The notes beneath the pieces are model-generated. The model saw only the letters and a list, made by a program, of their open reading frames with translations, was not told where the DNA came from and made no database searches. DNA of 64,000 nt from assembly GCA_001600695.1 (NCBI GenBank), contig BCKQ01000024.1, positions 1-64,000 on the forward strand, read 5' to 3'. This document shows, piece by piece, positions 25,023-35,649 of this stretch; the first letter of the stretch is position 1; each line of letters opens with the position of its first letter. This DNA is from Ascoidea asiatica JCM 7603 (Eukaryota; Fungi; Ascomycota). The position numbers were made by a program, and so were the translations under genes.

Positions 25023-25799
25023 TTAAGAATTTGAGGGCATTGAATTTTTAGTAACTTTAATAGATTTTCCACCCCATTCAATTAAATTATTTAATAAAGT
25101 ACCTTTATCATGTAAAATTTTAATATCATCAGAACCACCTCTTGAAATACCATTAATAAATAAATTTGGTACAGTTTTTCTACCACTAATTTCACTTATA
25201 TAATTTTGTAATTGAATACCATGTTTATGAATATCTAATTCAACAATTGTTAATTCAGGTACAATTTCATATTCATTTTTTAATAAATCTTTTAATTTTA
25301 AAGAATATGGACAATAAGTTTTTGAAAAAATTATTACTGGTGAAAATGCCATGATTGCTTGATATTCTTTTTTAACATTAAATTCTTCACCTTCTTTTTC
25401 TGTTAAATCTTTTTGTGTTGAAGAAATTTCTTTTATTTTTTCATTTGAATCAATTTTAATATCTATTTTAGAATCACTATTTACTTTTATTTTTGAATTA
25501 TCATTATTAATATCATCATCATTAATATTTATATCTTTATTATTATCAATCTTTGAATTAGAAATACCCTTTTTTGGTTCTAGAATCTGACGATTTGTAC
25601 CAGTTTTAATATTATTTGAAATTTCTTCAGAAACTTTTGAATTTAAATTTTCATTTAAATTTGATGATAATTTATTACTTATATTATTAAGATTATTTGA
25701 TTGAAATGAATTTGATGATAATTCAGATATATTAGATATACCAAATATTATTAAAATTATTATAACTGAAATTAAAATTAATCTAATTCTTTTATTCAT
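25023..25799 (-). CDS. Secretory-pathway monothiol glutaredoxin (GRX6/GRX7-like)
   Basis: N-terminal signal anchor, FSKTYCPYS active site, TVPNLFING and GGSDD motifs. Confidence 0.92.
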   Translation of the reverse strand: MNKRIRLILISVIIILIIFGISNISELSSNSFQSNNLNNISNKLSSNLNENLNSKVSEEISNNIKTGTNRQILEPKKGISNSKIDNNKDININDDDINNDNSKIKVNSDSKIDIKIDSNEKIKEISSTQKDLTEKEGEEFNVKKEYQAIMAFSPVIIFSKTYCPYSLKLKDLLKNEYEIVPELTIVELDIHKHGIQLQNYISEISGRKTVPNLFINGISRGGSDDIKILHDKGTLLNNLIEWGGKSIKVTKNSMPSNS

Positions 25800-26219
25800 T
25801 TTTTAATATTTTTTAATATTTTTTAATATTTTTTAATATTTTATATATTCTAGATCTTTTTAAAAAGGGCTTATTGGAATATTACGAAAGGTAATCAGAT
25901 TCTTTAAATATTTATATAATCAATAAATAAATAATCAGATAATCAAATAATCAGAGAATCAGATAATTGAAAAATGTTAATAATCGATTTCAAGTAAATA
26001 AATATTCAATTGAGAATGATATTCAATTGAGATTGAATTGAATTGAAATCAGATGAATATGATACAGATTCTGATATTGATATTGATATTATTATTGATA
26101 GTTTATTGAAATTGCTACCTGTTAATGATAATGTTAATGTTAATGTTAGTAATTGTCCCAAATACCCCAATTTTTGATCTTGTAACGTTGAAAGTAACAG
26201 AAATGTTCTACGTTAACGT

Positions 26220-26740
26220 TACCAGGCGTCGGTCACATGACTCAACTGAGATCCACGCAGAAGATGCAGCGCGCATCTTTAACCAGCCTCTTTAAGCGCA
26301 ACAAAATCCAAATACAAAATAATGCGCCATATAGAGGCGAGCTAAATAATTTAGCTCAGACGGTAACCCCCGAAGTCGGAAATTCACGGAACTAATAAAT
26401 AGGGCTTTATAAGAAAGCATCATGTGCCATTTAAAAGGGCTCTCATGCATTACTTTTGTATTTCACTAGCCATCTGTGACTTTTATCACGCTTCTCTTCT
26501 CTTGTATCTGTCTCTCCAGAGTGCTGAGTGCTGTGAGTCCCGTGTGCTGTGCCCTCTGAGCTGTTTTCTCTTTTCTGCTGTTTTCACTTCTGCGCTTTGT
26601 TTCGCCAGTGCTGTTTTTTCATTGCCAATTTCCAGCCCTGGTCCAGGTTCCGTATCCGTTTCCTTGGAACTATTCCTGACTTTTCTTCTGTTTCACCTTC
26701 TTCTGATTCCAATAGCGAAACTTGCCTGCAGTTTGAACTA
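26220..26740. promoter_or_regulatory. GC-rich divergent promoter island (GRX6/7-like and RPS11) with Tbf1-like AGGGCT sites and a Cbf1-like GTCACATGAC
   Basis: AGGGCT at 26401 and 26436, AGCCCT at 26634, GTCACATGAC at 26232-26241, and a perfect 8-bp inverted repeat GAGCTAAA/TTTAGCTC at 26339-26357. Confidence 0.5.
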
Positions 26741-26869
26741 ACTGGTAATGGTAATAGGAATAGTAAAATTATTAAACTTGTATTATCAATATATTCAAAT
26801 ATTTCAAAATTTTATTAATTAAATTTAGTTGAATTAGAATATCAAAAGAACCAGAAAAATAAGTACAAG

Positions 26870-27493
26870 ATGGCTACTGAATTAAATGTCCAAGCTGAAA
26901 GAGCTTTTCAAAAGGTATGTAATAATATATCATTCTAAATTCCTATAAAATATTTCATTCAATCAAATCTATCTCAATTTTTTATATATAATGGAAAATT
27001 TTTGAATATATTTCTAACAATTTAAATTTCAAATATTATTGCAATTCTTCTTCTTTTTTTTTTATAGCAACCACATATTTTTGTTAATCCAAAAGCAAAA
27101 GCTACTCGTCGTACAAAAAGATGGTATAAAGAAGTTGGTTTAGGTTTTAAAACTCCAAAAACCGCCATTGATGGTCATTATATTGATAAAAAATGTCCAT
27201 TTACTGGTTTAGTTACAATTCGTGGTCGTATTTTAACTGGTACTGTTGTTTCAACAAAAATGCATCGTACTATTATCATCAGACGTGATTATTTACATTA
27301 TGTACCAAAATATAATAGATATGAAAAACGTCATAAAAATTTAGCTGCTCATATATCTCCTGCTTTTCGTGTTCAAGATGGTGATGTTGTCACTGTTGGT
27401 CAATGTAGACCAATTTCAAAAACTGTTAGATTTAATGTATTAAAAGTTTCTTCTGGTACTGGTAAATCAAATAAAAAATTCTCTAAATTTTAA
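26870..27493 (+). CDS. RPS11: 40S ribosomal protein S11 (uS17), two exons: 26870-26914 and 27068-27493
   Basis: Exon 1 encodes [15 protein letters not shown]. The intron is 26915-27067 (GTATGT..TTCTAAC..TAG). Exon 2 encodes QPHIFVNPK...[10 protein letters not shown]...[25 protein letters not shown]. Spliced length is 156 aa. Confidence 0.98.
26915..27067 (+). other. Spliceosomal intron of RPS11 (153 nt)
   Basis: GTATGT donor, branch-like TTCTAAC at 27012-27018, polypyrimidine tract, TAG acceptor. Splicing restores the conserved FQK|QPH junction. Confidence 0.95.
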
Positions 27494-27883
27494 ATCTAAT
27501 TTAATTTTTGATTATAATGTTTAAATAAATATTAAAACTACAAGATAATAAAGATTATAAAGATTATAAAATTTGTAGTTTATTGGTTATAATTATAATA
27601 TCTCATTGAAAAAGATTGTTTATTTTAAATACAAGAAAAAATAAAAAAGAAATATTATCCTTATTGAATTGAATTTCAAAAAAATGTTATAAAAAAAGTC
27701 CCAAAGATATCTCAATATTCAAAATTTACAACTTTACTATTTACGATTTTAAATTACATATCCCTTTTTGAAAAAAAAAATTTAAACTAAACAAATAAAA
27801 AAAAAGCCCAATTTAATCATAATACAATTTGACAATAATACACTTGATAAATTTGATCAATTTGAAGAAATTTATAGTCAAAT

Positions 27884-30442
27884 TTATGGAAAATTACCTG
27901 TAAATCCTGGTAATTCAAACATTGGTTGATATAAATATTCAAAATAATTTGAATCTAAGAATTCTAAAATATTATCATCTGATGGATTTAATAATTGATC
28001 TAATGAACTTGTTGTTTCCATTGTTGATCTTGAAAATGCATCATTCACCAAATTATTATTCAAATTCCCATTAACATCTATATTACTTTCATTAATTAAA
28101 TTTTCATTGTTATTATTATTCAAAAAATTATTATTGTTATTGACAAAGTTATTGTTATTTATATTGTTCATATTATTAACATTATTTGTATTATTCATAT
28201 TATACCCATTGTTCATATTACTATTACAATTATTAGTAAATAAACTTGAAGTTTCTAAAGTTTTATCAAATTCTAAATTCAAAAAATCTTCTCCAATATC
28301 AATATGAAATTTTTTACCAGAATTATTTTCTTCCATTTTTATTGAAATTTTTATAATTTGACTTATTGCTTTAAGTACTGTAGAAACTCTTTTTAAATTT
28401 GGCATTTTAAGAAAAAAATTTTTATAACATTTAACCATTAAATCAATATTTTCAATATTTGAATCTAATGAATGATTAATTGTTAAACTAAAAATAGTTG
28501 TTAATGCGGATATTGGAAAAAACATCCAAAGATCAAAATGATATATAAATCCAACAGAAAGTTCACTTGAAATTTTTAATATTTGTCTTGCAGAATCAAG
28601 ACATATTAAATATGATTCATTTATAATTTTTGAAGATTTTTCTTGCCATGAATCTTTTAAAAGTAATCTATTTACATTCATTAAATGATGATGATAAACA
28701 TAATGAATTGCTAATAAATGAACTCTTGAAACTTGACTTAAAATAGAATTATATCCTACTAAAGTTTCATCTACAGAATATTCAATTTTAGTTCCTGGTC
28801 TTATTGAATATGGTAAACCATCTTTCCATTCTATAATTTCTTTTGAAATTTTTTTAACTAAATTAGTTAATTCATTATGTGATTTACCAACTAAAGCAGA
28901 AGCTGAAAAAAGGTTGGTATAAATATTATCAGAAATTTTACAAAATGAAGACATTACATAAATAAAACAAGAAGTAATTTCTTCAAATGTTCCACCAAGT
29001 AATAAATTAAGGTATGTTGAAATATCAGTAGAAGTTATATTTGACATTGGAATTTTATAAAGTTTTGAAATAGCTTCTCTAGTTTCATATTCTATCATTA
29101 CACCAGCATCTTGTTCTCTAACAATTGGAGGTTTTCCAGTTCTATAACACAATGCTTTATCAAATTGTTGACATACAAACCATGTAAGCTTTCTTTTTTT
29201 ACTTTCAGTTTGATTTAAACCAACATAAGATTCTTTTCTATGTAAACCAATATCTTGAGCAATTCTAATTGCAATAGAAAGTAACATATATGAAGCTTTT
29301 GGTAAACAATTTATTTCATTATATAAAGATAATAATATAATTCCAATTATAGAAAGTAAACCATCATTAATAACACTTATTTTTCTAAATAAACTAATTG
29401 AATTCAGTAAATGTTGATTTTCAAGAAGTTTATAATCAATAAATGGTTCCTTTGTTTCTATATTTTCTGAATTCCCATTAATCCCATTATTACCATTATT
29501 ATCATTATTACTATCACTTATAAAAAGAGACATTAAAGTTATAGAAATATTTAAAACAAGTAATTCAGAATTATTTAATTTTTTATTGGTTTTACCTTCT
29601 TGATTATCCCATAATTGTTCAAAATATGGCATTAAAAATGAAGATGTTAACATTGGAGTTTTAATTTTATCCATTTTTTTTAATATTATTTTAATAATTT
29701 GTTTATTTGGAAATGGATAAATTGTATTATTAGTTTCAATCCATTTTTTTGATTTTGTAATTAAATTTCTTTGAATTTCTTTTGGTAAATTAATTAATGG
29801 AGTTATTAATGAATCACAGTTTAATTTACTTTTAATCCATTGAATGCCTTTTGGACTAAATATTGAATATGAAGTTTGAGGACCAATGAGATTATCTTGA
29901 GATAATTGATTCACAAAAGGTGAATATTGATTATTACCAGATATTGAATCATTATCTGAATTAATTTCTTTGAAATAAGGTTTCTTATTAATTATTGGTT
30001 CAGATTGTAATAAATTTTTTTCTTTTTCAAGATCAAATTTACTTACTAATAATTCCATAAGATTTTCTATTCTATTTAATCTATTATCTAGATTTTTCAT
30101 ATTTATATTAATATCATTAACATTCGATGAATTATTATTATTAGTATTGAATTTTGAAATAGTTGGTGAAAAAATAACTCCAGAAGAATCATTAGCACTA
30201 CTGGAAGGAGATTTCTCAAAAGTTGTTAACTTATTTGAGAAATCCATTCTCCTTTGCTCTATAGGATCTTTAGAAATTGCTTGAGATATGTTTCTTTTCC
30301 TTGGAACATATTCATAAGTGCAATTCAAACTATCACTTAAACATTTGAAACATGGAACCTCTCCATTGCATTTTATCTTTCTCTTTCTACAGATATCACA
30401 GGCCTTAGAAACCCTCTTCTTTTTTAGACTAGGCTCATTCAT
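27884..30442 (-). CDS. Zn(II)2Cys6 transcription factor with fungal-specific middle homology region (Hal9/Tac1-like architecture)
   Basis: RVSKACDICRKRKIKCNGEVPCFKCLSDSLNC, coiled coil RLNRIENLMELL, and AIRIAQDIGLHR..RKLTWFVC..FDK..GKPP. The track start at 30496 is TTG, so the first ATG at 30442 is used. Confidence 0.92.
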   Translation of the reverse strand: MNEPSLKKKRVSKACDICRKRKIKCNGEVPCFKCLSDSLNCTYEYVPRKRNISQAISKDPIEQRRMDFSNKLTTFEKSPSSSANDSSGVIFSPTISKFNTNNNNSSNVNDININMKNLDNRLNRIENLMELLVSKFDLEKEKNLLQSEPIINKKPYFKEINSDNDSISGNNQYSPFVNQLSQDNLIGPQTSYSIFSPKGIQWIKSKLNCDSLITPLINLPKEIQRNLITKSKKWIETNNTIYPFPNKQIIKIILKKMDKIKTPMLTSSFLMPYFEQLWDNQEGKTNKKLNNSELLVLNISITLMSLFISDSNNDNNGNNGINGNSENIETKEPFIDYKLLENQHLLNSISLFRKISVINDGLLSIIGIILLSLYNEINCLPKASYMLLSIAIRIAQDIGLHRKESYVGLNQTESKKRKLTWFVCQQFDKALCYRTGKPPIVREQDAGVMIEYETREAISKLYKIPMSNITSTDISTYLNLLLGGTFEEITSCFIYVMSSFCKISDNIYTNLFSASALVGKSHNELTNLVKKISKEIIEWKDGLPYSIRPGTKIEYSVDETLVGYNSILSQVSRVHLLAIHYVYHHHLMNVNRLLLKDSWQEKSSKIINESYLICLDSARQILKISSELSVGFIYHFDLWMFFPISALTTIFSLTINHSLDSNIENIDLMVKCYKNFFLKMPNLKRVSTVLKAISQIIKISIKMEENNSGKKFHIDIGEDFLNLEFDKTLETSSLFTNNCNSNMNNGYNMNNTNNVNNMNNINNNNFVNNNNNFLNNNNNENLINESNIDVNGNLNNNLVNDAFSRSTMETTSSLDQLLNPSDDNILEFLDSNYFEYLYQPMFELPGFTGNFP

Positions 30443-30947
30443 TTCTTTCTTTCTTTCTTTCTCTTGATTTCCAAACCTATAATTAATCTCGAACAACTCA
30501 ACACACGCTTCTATATCACAATATAATACAACCTGTCAGTCTCTTTCTTTCCCATTTCTGTGCTCAATTCAATCTCGAGCTCATCTCTTCGAAATAAAAA
30601 TAAGCGCCCAAAAGAATAGTTTTAGAACTGATCGATCAACTTCTTAGAAATGAAATCAACAGTCAATTTCAATTGCAATTTCCACTTTTACCGACAGCCT
30701 AAAACGAAGCCCGGAAAATCCGACATCCACGCATTGTTTCTGGGGCCTTAGCAATAATATTATTAATGATAGCTGTGCTACTGAAATTTTACTGATATCG
30801 CTAAGGTTACTATTGAAGTTGCAATTCTCCTTGGGGAAGTTACTAAAATACAAAAATGGTCTAAATCGATTTAATCAAAAAAGAATAATAATGGAGAAAG
30901 AAATTAGTATTTATTAGTTCTACAGGAGTTATAAAAAAGTGATTGAT

Positions 30948-33641
30948 TCAAATTGAAGTGGATTCCAAACTGATAAGTTTTCCATATGTTTCTCTGGGCA
31001 TTTTATATTGAACCATACCTGCATATATCATACAATTCTTTGACATTTCATTAAGTTCTAATAATTTTGATTTTCTAATTTCATCAATATATGAAGTATT
31101 TGATAATTGTGTAATAAATTCAGAAACACATGTCATTGTAATTAATAATAAATTTGAAATATTTTTACAAATATTTTCATCTAATTCATTAAATTCTTGA
31201 GCTTTTCTTCTTGCATAATTTAAATCATTATTTATACATTTTAATGGTATTAAATTTAAATCTTCAATCATTTTTAAACATAATTTCCATTTATTTTCAA
31301 TAAAATTTTGTCTAATTTTTAAAATATTTAATAATTTTGATAAAATTTCTTTATTTTCAACAGATATTTTTTCTGGATTAAGTTGATAAATTTCATTTAA
31401 ATTTTTTGCAATTTCAATAGGTTTTGCTTCAATATTTTCTTTTAGTGCTTGATCATTTAATGAAACATAAATATCTGTACTACTTAATAAATCTGCTAAT
31501 AATTTTATAACTATTGAAATTACAGTATTATGTTTTTCTGATAATTGATATAATAATAAACTATCATAAATTCTACCTTCTTCATCTGCTTTAATTGCTG
31601 CTTTTTCTGAAATTTTATGCAAATAATCTTTTTCATTTTTAAGAAATAATAAATCTTTTCTTTCATCAATTCTACCTGGTAAACTTGTACCATCTGAACT
31701 TATATTACCTAAAAGCATACTAAATTCTTTTGTTTCTAAAACTAATTCTCGCATTGATTCTTGTGCAATTTCAATTTGTAATGGATCTCCATCAAGACAT
31801 ATTAATAAAAGATATTCAACTGCAACTCTTGTATCTGAATATCTAAAACTTCTTGTATAAAATCCTAATAATCTTGAAAAATTAATTTCTGTTTGTTTTT
31901 GAGAATTGAATAAAATTAAATTATTATTTGAAGAACTATTTTTTGAAATTCTTAAAAATCCATAATAATTAAATCCAATTGCTAAATGAACTGCATGAAT
32001 TTCATTAATTGTATAAGCTTGTTGAACAGCTAATTCAAATAATCCTGTTAAAACTAAAACTTGGATATATAATGGATTATTAATTGTATTAAAATAATTT
32101 GGACCAAATTGTATAATTGTTTTTTGTAAATCTGATAATGTATATCTTTGAAAAACTGGAATATCAATACTTTTATTTGAATCTTCATCAATAAACATAA
32201 GATGAATCCATAACCAATCTTCAATACCTAAAGTAATTCTTGGAATATTTTTTTTCGTTAAATCACATCTACCAATAATTTTATAAACTGCATATTTAAA
32301 TGGATCAACATCAATTGAATTTCTAATATATTGGTTAAATTCAATTTGAATTCTATTTTCAAATTCTTTTGATAATTTTTTATTTTCATTATTTAAAGTA
32401 ACAAATTTTTTAAAATATGTTAAAAAATTTTGATCAATTTTTTTAAAAGCAGATTTATTTGATTCTAAAACTTCTAAAGCATCAATATAACATCCTGCTC
32501 TTAATAAATAAAATATTAATGGCCAAATTGGTACATCATTAATTAAAGTTAAATTAATATTTTTTAAATTTTTTTGAATTTGTTGAGATTTTAAAAAACA
32601 TTTAATTTTATTAATATTTGTTGGTAAACCAGTATTTGAATTATTTTTTGAAGATTTATTGAATATATTATTTGTATGATGTAAAAATTGAGATTCTAGA
32701 TATTTTTTACTTGAATTGATTAAATTTTTCTTAAAAGTAATATTATTATTTTGATAATTTGAATTTTTTAAAATTGAAATATTATCTTGCAAATTATTAA
32801 TATTTATAAAATTATTTAAAATTTTCCAACATTCATTAATTTGTTTTGATTTTGTATCAGTTGCATCACTTGTAATATCCATAAAACAATTTGCTAATGG
32901 AAAAATTTTATTTGATTGTCTAAAATTATTTAATTGATAAATATATAAAGCATTTTTTTCAAAAATTTCTCTTGAAGAAAAATCATTAACATTAACTAAT
33001 TTTGGATTTAAATTCATAAGATCTTGAAATTCAGTTGTTGAAAGTATATTATAAGTATGTGATGATTTTTTTTTCCATAAAGATTCATCACCTTTTAGAG
33101 TTTTTTGTTTTTTATTACTATTATTAAAATTATTACTAGTATTATTATTATTATTTATATCATTTTTATTATTACCAGGAATTAAAATTCCAAAAGAACT
33201 TATAATTTCATTTCTTTTTGATTTCCAATCAATTGAAATATTTTGATTAATAAAATTATCATAATCTCTTGCAGCTAAAGCTAAAGAACGTTCAATTGCA
33301 GATAAAACACATTCATCTTTTTTTGAATCAATAAAATTATCAAAATCATTTGAAATTTGAATATTTGAATCAATAAATTGAGGAATTTCAATTGAATTTA
33401 ATTCAGATTCAATATCGTTTATTGGTACACCACTACCAGCTAATAAATAATGAGCTTTTGTGAAATTTGGTTCTTTATTTTTATTTTTTCTTAAGTTATA
33501 AGCTCTTTTTTTAATTTCATTAACACCTAATTGAATTGAATCAAATTCATTTGAAGATGTTGGTAAATTTTTTGAAGATTCTAATAATTCCTTAAGAAGT
33601 CTTGAATCATCATTACTTGAGATTAAAGTATTCGAAGACAT
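30948..33641 (-). CDS. NIC96: Nucleoporin Nic96
   Basis: LLKELLESSKNLP, KAHYLLAGSG, SKKYLESQF, PIWPLIFYLLRAG, DPFKYAVYKIIGRCD, IEDWLWIHL, YAGMVQYKMPRETY. Confidence 0.96.
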   Translation of the reverse strand: MSSNTLISSNDDSRLLKELLESSKNLPTSSNEFDSIQLGVNEIKKRAYNLRKNKNKEPNFTKAHYLLAGSGVPINDIESELNSIEIPQFIDSNIQISNDFDNFIDSKKDECVLSAIERSLALAARDYDNFINQNISIDWKSKRNEIISSFGILIPGNNKNDINNNNNTSNNFNNSNKKQKTLKGDESLWKKKSSHTYNILSTTEFQDLMNLNPKLVNVNDFSSREIFEKNALYIYQLNNFRQSNKIFPLANCFMDITSDATDTKSKQINECWKILNNFININNLQDNISILKNSNYQNNNITFKKNLINSSKKYLESQFLHHTNNIFNKSSKNNSNTGLPTNINKIKCFLKSQQIQKNLKNINLTLINDVPIWPLIFYLLRAGCYIDALEVLESNKSAFKKIDQNFLTYFKKFVTLNNENKKLSKEFENRIQIEFNQYIRNSIDVDPFKYAVYKIIGRCDLTKKNIPRITLGIEDWLWIHLMFIDEDSNKSIDIPVFQRYTLSDLQKTIIQFGPNYFNTINNPLYIQVLVLTGLFELAVQQAYTINEIHAVHLAIGFNYYGFLRISKNSSSNNNLILFNSQKQTEINFSRLLGFYTRSFRYSDTRVAVEYLLLICLDGDPLQIEIAQESMRELVLETKEFSMLLGNISSDGTSLPGRIDERKDLLFLKNEKDYLHKISEKAAIKADEEGRIYDSLLLYQLSEKHNTVISIVIKLLADLLSSTDIYVSLNDQALKENIEAKPIEIAKNLNEIYQLNPEKISVENKEILSKLLNILKIRQNFIENKWKLCLKMIEDLNLIPLKCINNDLNYARRKAQEFNELDENICKNISNLLLITMTCVSEFITQLSNTSYIDEIRKSKLLELNEMSKNCMIYAGMVQYKMPRETYGKLISLESTSI

Positions 33642-34591
33642 ACCTAAGCTTAATGAAATTAATTGATTTGATGATATTTATTGATTTGATTAATCTTCAT
33701 TCATTTATAAATTTATTTCATTTACTATTAAAAAGCTTTGTTTATATTTCTTATTTTTGTATGGGTTTCTTTATTTATTTTAGCAGATTTAATCCTAGCG
33801 CTCACGTTTGAGCAGTAAAGTCATGTGACCCATGTAAAATTTTTGAAGATTGAAACTTTTCAGATGAAAAATTAAGAATTTGAAACTTGATTTAAAATTG
33901 TGATTTTACTTGTTTAATTAACGTTATTAAACTTTCAACATAATTGATTTGATCAGATTTTGTATTTCCAGAGCATCTTACTTCCATGGGCATTAATTTC
34001 AAGTTCATTTCAAACTTATGTCACTTACAAAAGTTGTTACTGAATAGTTTTTAAAGATTAGTCGAAAATAAGACAATTCATTTCAATTCAATCAACTACC
34101 ATTATGTGCTTTTGATTGGGGTACGTTTGTGAATATTGATTTTCCATTGATATTTGTTTAATTTCTTTCAAGGATATTCAAACATTTATTGAACACATTG
34201 AAATAATTGAATTACTTCTACTTCTATTCTCCGATTCGGTGATTCCCACATTTTAAAAAACTTGAAATGCAAAATGGTGATCCTTTGTTCTTTCAATTCT
34301 TTTAGATCTTATTGTTCATATGATTTTTATAATTCTCATACAGATCTTTAATTCCTACGACCTGAATAATAAAAACAATATGAATGAATAATTTTTAATT
34401 TCATTCTTGTTTTTGTGGTTTGGAGACTTTGAGTCCTACTGCCGCTTTGCTTTTCTCGTTGCATCTTTGGCGATTTTCTCCGACACAAAACCAATATCCG
34501 CCACCCTGCGCTAGATTTATACTTTTGCACGCGTTTTCTGAAAGTGGAAAGTCCGAGCTCAGAAAATTGCGAGGAAGTTGCTTAAAACCAT

Positions 34592-35074
34592 TGATTGTTA
34601 ATCATTTTATTCTTTTATTGGAATTGTCTTCGAATATTCTAGGCCATTCTTAGACCTTCTAAGATTGCATAGATTGTTCTACGATTTATATTGCGTTCTC
34701 AGAACTTCCGTGTGCAAGTTAAATGTACTAGAACGTTCCGGGTCTGCATTATTTATTCTTTCTTCGAAGTTCTGTGTGCATCTCAAATGTACTGGAATCT
34801 TCGTGTTAGTTCTTAAAATGACGTAGTGTCGTCTAGAACAATAGTTTATTTTATTTCTCTTCTTAAGTATGGGAAGTGAACTTTCAAATACTAAATTTAC
34901 AAATTTATTCTCAAGATGGGTTACCCGCTCCTATTTTCTACTAATATAAATAGGGCACTTACCTCCCATATTTTTTATATAATGTTTTTATATTTTATAT
35001 TTTAATTAATTGTTTATAATTTGAATTAGATATCTTCTTAGTAATAACTAGATAGTTCGCGCGAACTAAAATCA
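34592..35074 (+). repeat. 5' LTR (483 bp)
   Basis: Aligns end to end with 40474-40963. TATAAATA at 34945-34952, Reb1-like TTACCCG at 34921-34927, several GAAnnTTC words. Confidence 0.93.
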
Positions 35075-35649
35075 AGTTTATTAATAAATTTGAAATATCA
35101 ATTCTTTATTAAAGATATGTGTTATTTTATTATTTCATTGTTTTCAATCTTCCAGGGTTAGTGTCAGTACAACATTAAGTCTCTTTATATTATACTAACA
35201 AGAGAGGGATCTCGAAAAATGATTAATCCCCTGACATCAAATTCCCCCCTGTATTATTTAGGACACTTGTGACCGCTATAAAACATGGTTCTCAGCTTGA
35301 TGGTGCTTAGGGTTAATTAGTAAATCGTCGGGATTAAATCCAAATTGAGTTATCTCATGGTTAGAAATCCTAGTCTCCTAATCATTGCAATGTAGAAATT
35401 GAAACCAATTTCATGTTGTATGGAAGTGTAAGGACAATATCAGAATGAACTAAAATATTTTCTTTAATTTTATTTTCTATTTCGAATTATTTATACTACT
35501 AATACTTCAACTGATATTACTTTTCATTTTGTTTTTGTTAATTATAAAACTCTATTAAATTCACCTTAAAAAAAAAAAAAAAAAAAAAAAAATTTCCAAA
35601 ACCAAAACTAAAAATAGTCAACACTATTTGAACTGAAAAAAATATAATC

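Noticed and set aside
33637-33644. GTATGT donor-like sequence overlapping the NIC96 start codon on the - strand
   Set aside because: Conserved Nic96 sequence begins within 15 codons with no branch point or acceptor in between, so it is most likely coincidental with ATG-T.
33900-34350. Possible decayed ORF on the - strand upstream of NIC96
   Set aside because: Short coding-like stretches are broken by several stops and I can recognise no motif, so no call is supportable.
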